Below, one piece after another: positions 29,372 to 40,379 of a stretch of 64,000 nt of DNA. The DNA is taken from positions 147,555 through 211,554 of the forward strand of contig CAWJPT010000001.1 in NCBI GenBank assembly GCA_963844835.1. Reading direction: 5' to 3'. Each line of letters opens with the position of its first letter. Positions within the stretch are counted from its first letter, which is position 1. Under the pieces are notes generated by a model that searched no databases, was not told where the DNA came from, and saw only the letters and a program-made list of their open reading frames with translations. This DNA comes from an uncultured bacterium (lineage in GTDB: Bacteria; Actinomycetota; Acidimicrobiia; Spongiisociales; UBA5794). Position numbers and translations under genes: made by a program.

Positions 29372-31673
29372 GCTTCTTCCGCCGATATGCGATACCGCTC
29401 AATGTCCTCGTCATCGCGGTGACGATCGTCTTCGTTGGCGCTGCGTTGGTCGTGGGTCGCGCCGCGCCGGAGCCCGCTATCACGTTGACGGTGGGAGAGC
29501 CATCGCCGCTGACGTTCGAAGCAACCTCGTTCATCGAGGTGCCTGACGCCATCGCAACCGAGGAGGCGCGCGCGCTCAGGCGGCAGCCGCGGTGAAGAGC
29601 GAGTACAAGACGGATACGCGCGATTGCCATTTCCGTGCAGGGAGCTCTCGAGGGGTTCTTCTTCTCGCTGGAGAACCAGGCCTACGAGGAACCGCCGGTC
29701 ACCTCTACGACCATTCCGGTGGAGACCACCAGCTCGACCGATGCGAACACGACATCGACAGAAGCGACCACGACTTCAGGATCGGAGGCCGGATCGACCA
29801 CCACCGATACTGCGGGCGAGACGACAACGACTGTTCCCGAGACGACCACATCGACGACGACGACGTTGCCTCGAGTTCCCATTGAAGACCAAGTGGCTCA
29901 GCTCACCGATCAATCTCCGGCTTTCGGTGATGCGATCCCGGTGTTCGTCAGCCTGTACAACCTGAACCTGGATCGGGTGGAACAGGGAGAGTCGGGGTTC
30001 TGGACTGAGCTCAAGCAGAAAGTGTCCGATATCGCCAACGAGAAGCTCAGCGACGGGATAAGGAGCACCGATCTCGTCGATGTCAGAAACGGGCTGATCC
30101 AGAGCCCGCCGTCAATCTTCGTCATCGGGCTCGACACCGAGCAGCGCACTCAGCTCCAGAAGGCTGCTGCGATCCTGGTCGCCGGTGTGTTGCAGGCAAA
30201 TGAGAAGATCGACGATGCCGCAACCATCGAGGCGAGACAGGCAGCAAGCGATGCTGTTCAGGAGAAGAATGCTCAGTTCTTCCAGGGGCAGCAAATCGCA
30301 GCGGAAGGCGACATTCTCACCCAGGTGCAGATAGATGCGATCAACAAGCTCGGGTTGATCGAACCTGCAAAGGGAACCTCGCGCAAGGCGATCGTCTTGC
30401 TGGGTGCTCTCACCGTCGGCTTGACCGCGTTCTTCCTCTGGCGCTTGAGCCCCGGTCGATGGTCCGAACCCAAGCACTTCGCTCTGCTGGGGATCTTGGT
30501 GGTGCTGGCGGCGCTGGCATCTCGGGTACCCGAGTTGGTCGATGGAACGGACGGCAGTTTCGCTGCGCTTGGCTTTGCTGTGCCTGCGATGCTCTTCGGC
30601 TATGTTGCGGCAATCCTCTACGACCCCCGCACGGCGGTGATCCTGGCAATCCCGGTGACGACGTTCGTCGGTATTTCCACGGCGGACCCGGCGATAACCG
30701 TCTTTGCCGCAGGAGCAACGGTTGCGCCCGTCGCTTTCGTATCATCGGTCTCCAGCCGGCGGCGAGCTGCGGGTCGCGGTAGCCATGTCGGCCATGGTGC
30801 TCGCCCCGCTCGCTTTCGCCATCTCGTGGTTGTTCCGTGGGTGGGAGACTCGGTGGGAGGCGGCATTCTTTGCGCTCATTGGTGGTGTCGTCGCCGGCTT
30901 GATTGCACAAAGCCTCGTGTCGTTCTTCGAAAACCTCTTCCGGATGACAACAACGCTCACCCTGTTGGACCTCGTCGACAGGAACCACCCGGCCTTGCGT
31001 CTCATCGAGGACAAGGCGCCCGGGTACTTTCAACCACTCCATCCTGGTCGGGACCCTGGCAGGCAAGGCTGCCCGCGCCATCGGTGCAGACCCGCTGCTG
31101 GCCCAAGCGGCGGCGTTCTATCACGATCTGGGCAAGGTCGAGGACCCCATCTACTTCATCGAGAACCAGTTCTCGATCACCAATCCGCACGACCATCTCG
31201 ATCCGGTCGATTCGTGCCGGATCATCCGGTCCCATGTCACCGATGGGCTCCGTCTGGCGCGTCAATACCGGCTCCCACCAGAGATCGCAGAAGGCATCCG
31301 CTGTCACCACGGCACCGGCTTGATGCGCTACTTCTACCATCAGGCAATCGAGGCAGATGCGGATGTCGACCCGCAATTGTTCCGCCACCACGGTGAGAAG
31401 CCGAAGCGGAAGGAGATGGCGATTTTGATGATCTGCGATGCCGTCGAGGGTGCGGCTCGAGCCCATGCCCAGCAGCAGGACCCAACCGCTGAGAGCATCA
31501 CCAAGGTGGTTGATGCGGTCGTTGGTGAGAAGCTCGATGATCACCAGCTCGATGAGTCGGCGCTGACGTTCGGCGACCTGACCACCGTGAAGGCGGCGAT
31601 CGTTGATGCGCTGGTGGGCTATTACCACACACGTGTTCCGTATCCCGGGTTCCCCGGGGCGCCCGTCGAGTAG
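29368..31673 (+). CDS. 7TM-receptor/HD-domain membrane phosphohydrolase (PgpH/YqfF-like), four or more frame discontinuities
   Basis: N-terminal TM segment, extracellular region with a Thr-rich insert, seven-TM block, then an HD domain (FYHDLGK ... CHHGTG ... [10 protein letters not shown]). Frames change near 29585, 29620, 30763 and 31023. Confidence 0.8.
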
Positions 31674-31681
31674 CGGGCCTG

Positions 31682-32144
31682 ATGGATATCACCTTCACCG
31701 ATGAACAGGATGATCCCCTCCCTGCAGAGGGCCTGATCGAGCTCGCCCGGGTGGCGATGCAAGCCGAGCGGCTCCCCGATTCCACACAGTTGGCGATCAC
31801 TCTCATCGACGAGTCACAGATGGCGACGCTCAATGCCGAGCACATGGGCAAGACCGGTCCTACCGACGTGCTCTCCTTCCCGATCGAGGACTTCGCCGCG
31901 GGAGTTCCGGAAATGGACGAGGATGGCCCTCCGCTGCTGCTGGGCGACATCTTCATTTGCCCGCCAGGTAGTACGTGCCAACGCCCGTCTGGCTGAGGTA
32001 CGCTTCGAAGATGAGATGGCGCTCATGGTTGTTCACGGCATCCTCCACCTGCTCGGCCGCGATCACGTGATCGAGGAGGAAGCTGAGGCAATGGAACAGC
32101 GAGAGCGGGAGATCCTGGCGATGGTCGGGAGAGTGCGCCCATGA
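31682..32144 (+). CDS. ybeY: rRNA maturation endoribonuclease YbeY (one frame discontinuity near 31964)
   Basis: TDVLSFP ... LLLGDIFICP in ORF 31682. The protein continues as VVRANARLAEV ... VVHGILHLLGRDH in ORF 31833. Confidence 0.85.
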
Positions 32145-33304
32145 CCGGGCTGGCACTGGTGATCTCGGCAATCTTGATCCTCGTCACCGCATTGTTGCGC
32201 GCCGCCGGGGCATCTCTGGTGCGCACCCCGCGGGCCGACGCGCTCCACGATGCCCGGAACAACGACCCGAGGGCGCAGAGGATCGCCGATCTGCTCAGCG
32301 ACCGTCCCATCATCCAGCCGGCGCTCGGGCTGGTGAATACCGGCATGCTCATCCTCGCCGTGGTTCCCGCGGTGTGGGCACTGAGCCGGATCACAACCGG
32401 CGTGACGCTGATCGTCTACCTGGTGATCCTGAGCCTGGTGGTGCTCGTGCTCGGCGACATCGTCCCCAGAACCCTGGGGCGCAACCGGCCTCGCACGATC
32501 GCATACAGGTTTGCCTGGCTGCTTGCGCCGATGATCTCGCTGGGCCACACCACCGCCGATCTGGTCGCCGACCTCGACGAGGATGAAAACGAGGACGACG
32601 GGAGCGACGCCGAGGCGCACGAACGGGCGTTGATCTCACAGGTCATTGATTTCACAGAGGCCATTGTCCGTGAGGTGATGGTGCCAAGACCCGACATGAT
32701 CACGGTGAGCGTTGACACATCCAGCGAAGAAGCGCTCGACGTGTTTCTCGAGGCGGGTAAGTCGAGGATTCCCGTATACGGTGACGACACAGATGACATT
32801 CTTGGTGTGCTCTATGCGAGAGACCTCTTGCAGCTCTGGGATGACGAGGGTGGTTCACGCCCGGCGCGTGACCTGATGCGGGATGCGTACTTCGTGCCGG
32901 AGACCAAGAAGGTGCCCGATCTGCTCCGCGAGATGCAAGCCAACCAGGTGCACATGGCTATTGCGGTCGACGAGTTCGGGGGAACCGCCGGTCTGGTGAC
33001 GATCGAAGACCTCCTCGAGGAACTGGTCGGTGAGATCGCAGACGAGTACGACGAGGAAGAGCCCATGATCATCACCGAGGATGACGGCTCCTACCTGATC
33101 GACGCCCGGCTCGATATCGACGAGCTCGGTGACTTGATGGGATCTCCGATGCCAGACGAGGACTGGGACACCGTGGGTGGTCTCATCCTCGGGCTGGCAG
33201 GCAGGGTCCCTGCTGAGGGTGAGACCTTCGAGTTCAACCGTCACACTCTGACTGTGGAACGGGTCCAGGGCCGCCGCGTCGCTCAGATCCGGCTCCAGCC
33301 ATGA
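32141..33304 (+). CDS. hemolysin-family protein (CNNM/DUF21 TM domain + CBS pair + CorC_HlyC)
   Basis: 387 aa. N-terminal TM block, CBS pair (VREVMVPR ... IPVYGDDTDDILGVLYARDLL) and a C-terminal CorC_HlyC domain. Confidence 0.85.
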   Translation: MTGLALVISAILILVTALLRAAGASLVRTPRADALHDARNNDPRAQRIADLLSDRPIIQPALGLVNTGMLILAVVPAVWALSRITTGVTLIVYLVILSLVVLVLGDIVPRTLGRNRPRTIAYRFAWLLAPMISLGHTTADLVADLDEDENEDDGSDAEAHERALISQVIDFTEAIVREVMVPRPDMITVSVDTSSEEALDVFLEAGKSRIPVYGDDTDDILGVLYARDLLQLWDDEGGSRPARDLMRDAYFVPETKKVPDLLREMQANQVHMAIAVDEFGGTAGLVTIEDLLEELVGEIADEYDEEEPMIITEDDGSYLIDARLDIDELGDLMGSPMPDEDWDTVGGLILGLAGRVPAEGETFEFNRHTLTVERVQGRRVAQIRLQP

Positions 33305-33368
33305 TCAGCGTGTCGCTCACCACGGGAGGCGCTGCGCCGCAGGTGATCTCTACAACGGAGGAGGGACT

Positions 33369-34241
33369 GTGCGTAGCGGGTTCATCTCAGTGGTGGGTCG
33401 GCCGAACGTCGGCAAGTCGACGCTGGTGAACGCGCTCGTGGGGGAGAAGGTGGCGATCACGTCACCACGGCCACAGACGACGCGGAACACGATTCGCGGG
33501 ATCCTCAACGGCGAGGACAGTCAGATCGTCTTCGTCGACACTCCCGGTTTGCACAAGCCACGCACCGCCCTCGGCAACCGTCTGAACCGGCTCGTCTACG
33601 GCTCGCTGGAGGAGACGGACGGCGTGTTGTTCGTCCTCGACGCAACCCAGGAGATCGGACCGGGCGACCGGCTGATCGCCGAGCGTCTCCAGCAGGCCAA
33701 GGCAACAGTCGTCGTAGTAGTGAACAAGGTCGATATCGCCAAGCCGGAGCAGATTCTCGAGCAGTTGGCCGAAGCGGCCGCGTGGAGCTTCGCCGCATAC
33801 GTGCCGGTTTCGGCGACTACGGGGGACGGGATCGATCGTGTGCTCGGCGAGCTGACACCGCTGCTTTCGGAGGGCCCTCAGTTCTTTCCCAGCGACATCC
33901 ACACTGATCAGCCTGAGCAGATGTTCGCCGCCGAGTTGATCCGCGAGAAGTTCCTCCACCGGCTTCGTGAGGAGCTGCCGCATTCTCTCGCCATCGTCAT
34001 CGACGAGATTCACGTTCGAGACAACGGGACCACATATGTCGCCGCTACCGCCTATGTCGAGCGCAAGTCGCAGAAGGGCATCGTGATCGGCAAGGGCGGG
34101 TCGCTGTTGCGCGAGGTCGGTGCCGAGGCGAGAAATGATCTGGAGCGCCTCTTCGGAGGGCCGGTGTTTCTCGACATGCACGTCAGGGTGGAAGAGGACT
34201 GGCAACGGCGGGACGCCACCCTCGATCGTCTCGGGTTCTGA
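33369..34241 (+). CDS. era: GTPase Era
   Basis: GRPNVGKSTL, DTPG, NKVD and a KH domain (GIVIGKGG). Confidence 0.95.
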   Translation: MRSGFISVVGRPNVGKSTLVNALVGEKVAITSPRPQTTRNTIRGILNGEDSQIVFVDTPGLHKPRTALGNRLNRLVYGSLEETDGVLFVLDATQEIGPGDRLIAERLQQAKATVVVVVNKVDIAKPEQILEQLAEAAAWSFAAYVPVSATTGDGIDRVLGELTPLLSEGPQFFPSDIHTDQPEQMFAAELIREKFLHRLREELPHSLAIVIDEIHVRDNGTTYVAATAYVERKSQKGIVIGKGGSLLREVGAEARNDLERLFGGPVFLDMHVRVEEDWQRRDATLDRLGF

Positions 34242-34960
34242 TGGCGATCCGTCACGATCAGGGCATAGTGCTCAGGTCTTTCCCTTTCGGAGAGGCCGAC
34301 AAGGTGATCGTGCTGCTCAGCCCAAATCACGGCAAGCTGCGCACGGTTGCCAAGGGGATCCGTAAGACGAAGAGCCGTTTCGGTGGGCGTTTGGAGACGT
34401 TCAGCCATGTCGATCTCGTGCTCTACGAGGGGAGAAACCTCGACACCATTACCCAGGTGGAGATGATCGAGTCGTTTCACTCGCTTCGCTCCGATCTCGA
34501 CCGGGTCATGGCCGCCGGCGTGATGGTGGAGGTTGCCGATGCGGTCGCCCAGGAAAACGAGGGCTCGGTGCGCCTCTTCCTCCTGCTCCAACGTGGGCTA
34601 AGAGCCCTCGACACCGGCGCCGCCCACCCGGACCTCGTGTCATCCTTCCTCCTCAAGGCGGCAGAGACGATCGGTGTTGCTCCGGCGCTCGATCGGTGCG
34701 CAGGGTGCGGGAGAACCGATGGCCTCAGCCGCTTCAGCTTCGATGCGGGCGGTGTGCTCTGCGAGCAGTGCCGCACCGCAGGCGCCTATGCGCTGCGGGA
34801 CGGTCTCACCGACTACCTGGCGGTGTTGGCACGATCCGACCTGTCCGATCTCCCTGTGCCCGACGAGCGATTTGTCGGTGAGGCGAGGGGAGTGGCGAGA
34901 CGGTTCATCGAATACCATCTGGAGCGTCAGATTCAATCGATGGCGGTTCTCGATGTATGA
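34241..34960 (+). CDS. recO: DNA repair protein RecO
   Basis: GIVLRSFPFGEADKVIVLLSPNHGKL and a Cys-rich CAGCG ... CEQC zinc motif. Follows era. Confidence 0.9.
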   Translation: MAIRHDQGIVLRSFPFGEADKVIVLLSPNHGKLRTVAKGIRKTKSRFGGRLETFSHVDLVLYEGRNLDTITQVEMIESFHSLRSDLDRVMAAGVMVEVADAVAQENEGSVRLFLLLQRGLRALDTGAAHPDLVSSFLLKAAETIGVAPALDRCAGCGRTDGLSRFSFDAGGVLCEQCRTAGAYALRDGLTDYLAVLARSDLSDLPVPDERFVGEARGVARRFIEYHLERQIQSMAVLDV

Positions 34961-35711
34961 CCAGGTGGACATGAGCCGTGTGCCCCGCCACGTAGCCATC
35001 ATCATGGACGGCAACGGCCGGTGGGCGAACGCTCGCGGGCTGCATCGCACTCAGGGACATGCTCGAGGCGAGCCTGCGCTTTTCGATGTCATCGACGGCG
35101 CTCTCGAAATGGGAGTCAAATGGCTGACGGCGTACACCTTCTCTACGGAGAACTGGGCCAGGGATGCCTATGAGGTCGAGTTCCTGATGCACTTCAACGT
35201 CGACCTGCTGGAGCGCCGCCGTGACGAACTCCACGCCAAAGGCATCCGCATCCACTTCATCGGCGAACGGGATGATCCCAGGGTTCCGGACGATCTGCGC
35301 AAGCGCATCAATGACGCCGAGGACCTGACCAAACACAACGACAGGATGCACATGGTTTTCGCCTTCAACTACGGTGGCCGCACCGAGCTGGTGGTTGCGA
35401 TGCGCCGGATCGCGTCCGCAGTGGCTGCCGGGGACATCGCAGCAGGCGAAGTCGACGACGAGACCATTGCCTCCCATCTCTATCTGCCCGAGATGCCCGA
35501 CCCGGATCTCGTGATCCGCACCAGTGGAGAGATGCGCACCTCGAATTACCTGCTGTGGGAGTCGGCATATTCCGAATACGTGTTCACTCCGGTGTTGTGG
35601 CCTGACTTCGATCGGAACACGCTTGCCGACTGCATTGCCGAGTACCAGTCACGCGATCGGCGCTTTGGCGGCGCCGTCGATGCGTCCAGCAGCGAAGATT
35701 CGGTCGGTTGA
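34953..35711 (+). CDS. uppS: isoprenyl (undecaprenyl) diphosphate synthase
   Basis: HVAIIMDGNGRWA and IRTSGEMRTSNYLLWESAYSEY. ATG 34953 overlaps the recO stop. Confidence 0.9.
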   Translation: MYDQVDMSRVPRHVAIIMDGNGRWANARGLHRTQGHARGEPALFDVIDGALEMGVKWLTAYTFSTENWARDAYEVEFLMHFNVDLLERRRDELHAKGIRIHFIGERDDPRVPDDLRKRINDAEDLTKHNDRMHMVFAFNYGGRTELVVAMRRIASAVAAGDIAAGEVDDETIASHLYLPEMPDPDLVIRTSGEMRTSNYLLWESAYSEYVFTPVLWPDFDRNTLADCIAEYQSRDRRFGGAVDASSSEDSVG

Positions 35712-35783
35712 ACCCGGCCGGCGCAGCACGGCCTGATTGGATGCGCCCTATCATGCGCCGCCAATTCCCTATCTGGATCTGAT

Positions 35784-37095
35784 ATGCCAAGCGATTTCGA
35801 CACCATCGTCAACCTGAGCAAGAAACGCGGTTTCGTCTTCCAGTCGTCGGAGATCTACGGAGGTCTCCGCTCGGCGTACGACTACGGCCCGCTCGGTGTC
35901 GAACTGCTTCGTAATGTCAAGGAGCAGTGGTGGCATTCGATGGTGAGGATGCGGGACAACGTGGTCGGGCTCGACTCGGCCATCATCCAGTCACCATCGG
36001 TATGGGAGGCATCGGGGCACCTGGCATCGTTCACCGACCCCCTCGTCGAGTGCACCAACTGCAACAACAGATTCCGTGAGGACAAGCTCGACGATCCGGA
36101 TCAGTGCCCTGCCTGTGGCAAACGAGGCACGTTCACGGAGGCCAAGAACTTCAACCTCATGTTCAAGACCCACATGGGGCCGGTGGAGAGCGAGGACAAC
36201 GCGGTATACCTGCGCCCCGAGACGGCCCAGGGCATCTTCATCAATTTCGAGAACGTCCGTCGCACCGCCCGGCTCAAGCCTCCCCTTCGGAATCGCCCAG
36301 ATCGGCAAGTCGTTCCGAAACGAGATCACTCCCGGTCAGTTCGTGTTCCGCACCCGGGAATTCGAGCAGATGGAGATGGAGTTCTTCTGCCGCCCGGAGG
36401 AAGCCGACCAATGGTTCCGGTACTGGATCGAGGAGCGGAAGAACTGGTACCTCGATCTCGGGATGAAGGAAGAGAACCTTCGTTTCCGGGAGCACGAGCC
36501 GGACGAGCTGTCTCACTATTCGGCCGGTACGTTCGATGTCGACTACAACTTCCCGTGGGGCTTCGACGAGCTCGAGGGCATCGCCAATCGCACCGACTTC
36601 GACCTGAAAGCCCACATGGAGATGTCCGGCAAGGACCTCACCTACTTCGACCAGGATGCGGGCGAGCGGTTCGTGCCGTACGTCATCGAGCCGGCCGCAG
36701 GCGCCACCAGGACAACGTTTGCCTTCCTACTCGACGCCTACGACGAGGAGGAAGTGCGGGGGGAGACCCGCGCCGTGATGCGTCTCGACGAGCGGCTTGC
36801 GCCGATCAAGGTCGCCGTGCTGCCGCTGTCGAAGAAGGCCAGAGCTGATCGAGGTATCTTCGCAAGCTGGCCCAGGACCTGCGGCCCGCGCTACGCCGTC
36901 GAGCACGATGTCACCCAGGCAATCGGGCGACGGTACCGCCGCCAGGACGAGATCGGCACTCCCTACTGCGTCACCGTCGACTTCGACACGCTGGAGGATC
37001 AGGCGGTGACGGTGCGGGACCGCGACACGATGGAGCAGGATCGGGTCTCGCTCGACAAGGTCGGCGAGTATCTGAGCGAGCGTCTGGATCGTTGA
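35784..37095 (+). CDS. glyQS: glycine--tRNA ligase, dimeric type (frame discontinuity at 36282-36285)
   Basis: The N-terminal part lies in ORF 35784 up to ARLKPP. It continues as [17 protein letters not shown] ... [14 protein letters not shown] ... [21 protein letters not shown] in ORF 36076. The shift sits at a CCCC run. A locally scrambled segment at 36838-36895 is described in findings. Confidence 0.9.
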
Positions 37096-37836
37096 TCTAC
37101 CAGGACTACGATCCTTCGCCGATATCTACAACCGCCACTGGGGTAGTTACGGCACCCGGGTGCTGGCACCGCTCGATCTGCTCGGTCTTCGTGATCTCGA
37201 GGCGGGGCGCGGGTTCTCGATCTCTGCTGTGGCACCGGGCAGCTAGCGGCAGAGCTCGCTGCAATCGTGGGTGGAGCGTCATCGGCATCGATGGCTCATC
37301 GGCCATGATCGATTACGCACGACGAAACGCTCCCACCGGCGAGTTCGTGGTTGCAGACGCCCGTGACTTCCGTCTCGCAGGGCCGGTGGCGATGGTCGTA
37401 TCCACATTCGATTCACTGAACCATGTGATGACGTCGAGGAGCTCGAAAGGGTGTTTCGCCACGTTGCTGTCGGCGCTGGAGCCGGGAGGACGGTTCGTTT
37501 TCGATCTGAATGTCGAGGACGGGATACCTCGCCCGATGGCACGGCACATTCCAAATTGACCGGGCAATGACGAATATGTCATTGGTGAATCGTCGTACGA
37601 CGAAGAACTGACCGAATGGGGACGATGAGATTCACCTGGTTCACACGGGCGGGCGAGAGTGGCAGCGAGGTGGCGTGACATTGCAGCAACGCTGCTATGA
37701 CACGGAGTCGGTGGTGCCGCTCTAGCTGCTGCCGGATTCGTCGACATAACTGAAACCGAGGCCGGCGGAGCTGGCGGGCGGATGGGACGTCGGCCGGGTT
37801 TTCTTCTCCGCCTTGCTGGCGGCGACTGACCTGTGA
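37092..37836 (+). pseudogene. class I SAM-dependent methyltransferase, heavily frameshifted
   Basis: Pieces appear in all three frames: FADIYNRHWGSYG, VLDLCCGTGQLAAELA, GWSVIGIDGSSAMIDYARRN, LEPGGRFVFDLN and AAAGFVD. At least 5 shifts. Confidence 0.6.
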
Positions 37837-38289
37837 TCACTCAGCGGGAAGTGGCGGCGTCGCTCCCGAGACATAGGTTGTGAGAGTGACCACCGTTCGG
37901 GTCGGCCCCGGTGCAATCCGCCTGATCTCATCGAGGATCTCGCCGAGGTGGCTCGAGGAGCGAGCCCTGATGTGGAGGAGCAGGTCGAACTCGCCGGTCA
38001 CCGCCGCGGCAGACATCACGAAGGGGATGGTGACGCGGATCTTCTCTGAAAGGCGCTCGAGCCCTGTCGACTCGGTGTCACGGATGTTGACGTAGGCGTC
38101 CAGCGGGTAGCCGAGTGCTTCCCAATCGAGCTCTGCGGTGTATGACTGGATGATGCCCTGTTCGCGGAAACGCCGAACCCGTTGATGAACGGTCGCGGTC
38201 GACTTACCGACGCGCTCTGCTATCTGGGCGTACGGCATCCTGCCACTTTGAGTAAGGAACTCAACGATTTGATAGTCGATGTGGTCCAT
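37837..38289 (-). CDS. Lrp/AsnC family transcriptional regulator
   Basis: MDHIDYQIVEFLTQSGRMPYAQIAERVGKSTATVHQRVRRF plus a C-terminal RAM domain. Start at 38289, inside the track ORF. Confidence 0.85.
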   Translation of the reverse strand: MDHIDYQIVEFLTQSGRMPYAQIAERVGKSTATVHQRVRRFREQGIIQSYTAELDWEALGYPLDAYVNIRDTESTGLERLSEKIRVTIPFVMSAAAVTGEFDLLLHIRARSSSHLGEILDEIRRIAPGPTRTVVTLTTYVSGATPPLPAE

Positions 38290-38480
38290 GGACCGAAAGA
38301 TTATCAGAGATTGGCCAAGGTTGAGAGAGAATCGTTTGACAAATGGACGAATCGACTGCAAACTACACATATCGAATTCGAGGCCAGGATTGACAATCCA
38401 TCCGGACACTGCTTTTTGACTCGTGACGGCGCGGCGTAAGGCCGCAGCCGGTGCTAGACGCAGGTAGCAGGCAACAGATC

Positions 38481-38560
38481 AGGGGGCGCAAGCCCCTATT
38501 GAAATAGAAGGGAAGCCCATCTCCCTCCCCTCCCTCCGGGCTTCCCTTCTTTTCATTTCT
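38481..38560 (+). other. two tandem hairpins; the second is terminator-like with a C-rich loop (candidate small RNA 3' end)
   Basis: AGGGGGC-GCAA-GCCCCT. Then GAAGGGAAGCCC (38507-18), loop ATCTCCCTCCCCTCCCTCC, GGGCTTCCCTTC (38538-49), followed by TTTTCATTTC. Lies in the 315-bp divergent Lrp/dnaG intergenic region. Confidence 0.3.
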
Positions 38561-38604
38561 GAACCGCCCGATCGATGCGACAGGGTTGCCGGTACACTCC
38601 GCTC

Positions 38605-40379
38605 GTGGCCTATCCCCGTGAAGACATCGAGCGTATTCGTGACAAGACCGACCTTGCTGAGCTTGCCGCGGAAGTGACCAAGGTGAAGAAGTCCGGGAGG
38701 ACCGTGATGGCGGTCTGTCCGTTCCACCAGGAGAAGACTCCTTCGCTATCCATTGACCCGGCCCGCGGGCTGTACCACTGCTTCGGGTGTGGCAAGGGCG
38801 GCGACATCTTCGCCTGGGTGCAGGAGACGCAGAACCTCGATTTCCGCGAGGCGATCGAGTTCCTGGCGAGGCGAGCCGGGATCACGCTGACGGAGACTCC
38901 GGGCGAGGCCAAGCGCCGTGGCCGGCGTGAAGAGTTGGTCGAGGCGACGCGGGCCGCGGTGGATTTCTACCGCGAACGGTTGAAACAGGGATCCGATGCC
39001 GGTCAGGCGCGCAGCTATCTGCGGGGACGCGGCTACGGAGGGGATGTTGTCGATCAGTTCGATCTGGGTTACTCGCCAGCAGGGTGGGACGAGCTCACCC
39101 GGTACCTCAAAGGCGCGGGGCCTCGATGACCGCACCCTCGCCGATGCCGGGCTGGCGTCACGCAGCTCACGAGGGCGGATGATCGACAGGTTCCGCGGCC
39201 GGATCATGTTCCCGATCTTCGACCTGCGTGGAGACCCGGTTGGCTTTGGGGCCCGGCTTCTCGATGGCGACGGGCCCAAATACCTGAATACCTCGGAGAC
39301 GGCCATCTATCACAAATCCCGCCTTCTCTACGGTCTCAACTGGGCGAAGAGCGAGATCGTGCGACGCAACGAGTCTGTCGTGGTTGAGGGCTACACGGAT
39401 GTGATCGCGCTTCATCTGGCCGGTCATCCGACGGCAGTGGCGACATGCGGAACGGCGCTGGGGGAGGACCATCTCGACTTGCTGCGTCGCTTCAGCGAGC
39501 GGGTGCTGCTTGCGTTCGATGCGGATGAAGCAGGTGCGGGCGCGGCGCTGCGCGGGTTCAATCTGGCGATCCCCGCTGATCTCGACATGCGGGTTGTTGT
39601 GCTTCCCGAGGGAAGGGACCCTGCAGACCTGGTTGGAGACGGCGATGCGGACCTGCTCGTCAAGGCGATGGGCGAATCCCAACCGCTGCTGCAGTTCTCG
39701 GTGGACCGGGAGTTGAGCGGTCACGATCTCAATGAGGTGGAGGCGCGCGGCAGAGCGGTCAGGGCGACGGCGGCGATGGTCGCTCGTTACACCGATCCGC
39801 TGGTCCGTCAGGAGTATGCCGTGCTGATCTCTCGCCGCACCGGGGTCGGGCTGCGTCTTGTCGAGGAGGCGATCGCCGCGGCGGCACACCAGCGCAGGCA
39901 GGAGGAGGGGAGGTCTGCTCGGCCGCAGGCCCGCCCGGTACCGCGTCGGCGTCTCAGCGGAACGGAAAAAGCCGAGCAGGAGCTGCTGCGGCTGGTACTG
40001 GCGAACGACCGCGCCGGTGCGACAGGCGGGCGATTTGGAGCATCTCTTCTCTGACGCTGTCCATCTCAGGGCCTATCACATGATCAAACCGGCCGTCGAT
40101 CGGCTCGAGCCGGGTATCCTCCCGGATCTCGGAGGCGTGCTCGGAGGGAGCGAGGCGGAGGAAGCAGGATTGCTTGCCGAGCTGGCGTTGGCGGCGCGAC
40201 CGCTCTCGAAAGCAGCCGATGTGATCAATCGACTCGAGGTCGATGGCCTGACACGCCGAATAACCGAATTGGAGAGGATGCTGGCGAACCTGCCGTCGGA
40301 GTCCCAGGAGTATTCCGACAGATTCGAAGAGTTGGTAGCTTTGCAGCAGCAGAAGAAGCAATTACGGAGCCGTGAGTGA
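38605..40379 (+). CDS. dnaG: DNA primase DnaG (two frame discontinuities)
   Basis: Zinc finger [13 protein letters not shown] ... [17 protein letters not shown] region [12 protein letters not shown] ... AFDADEAG. Frames change near 39115 and 40015. Confidence 0.9.
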
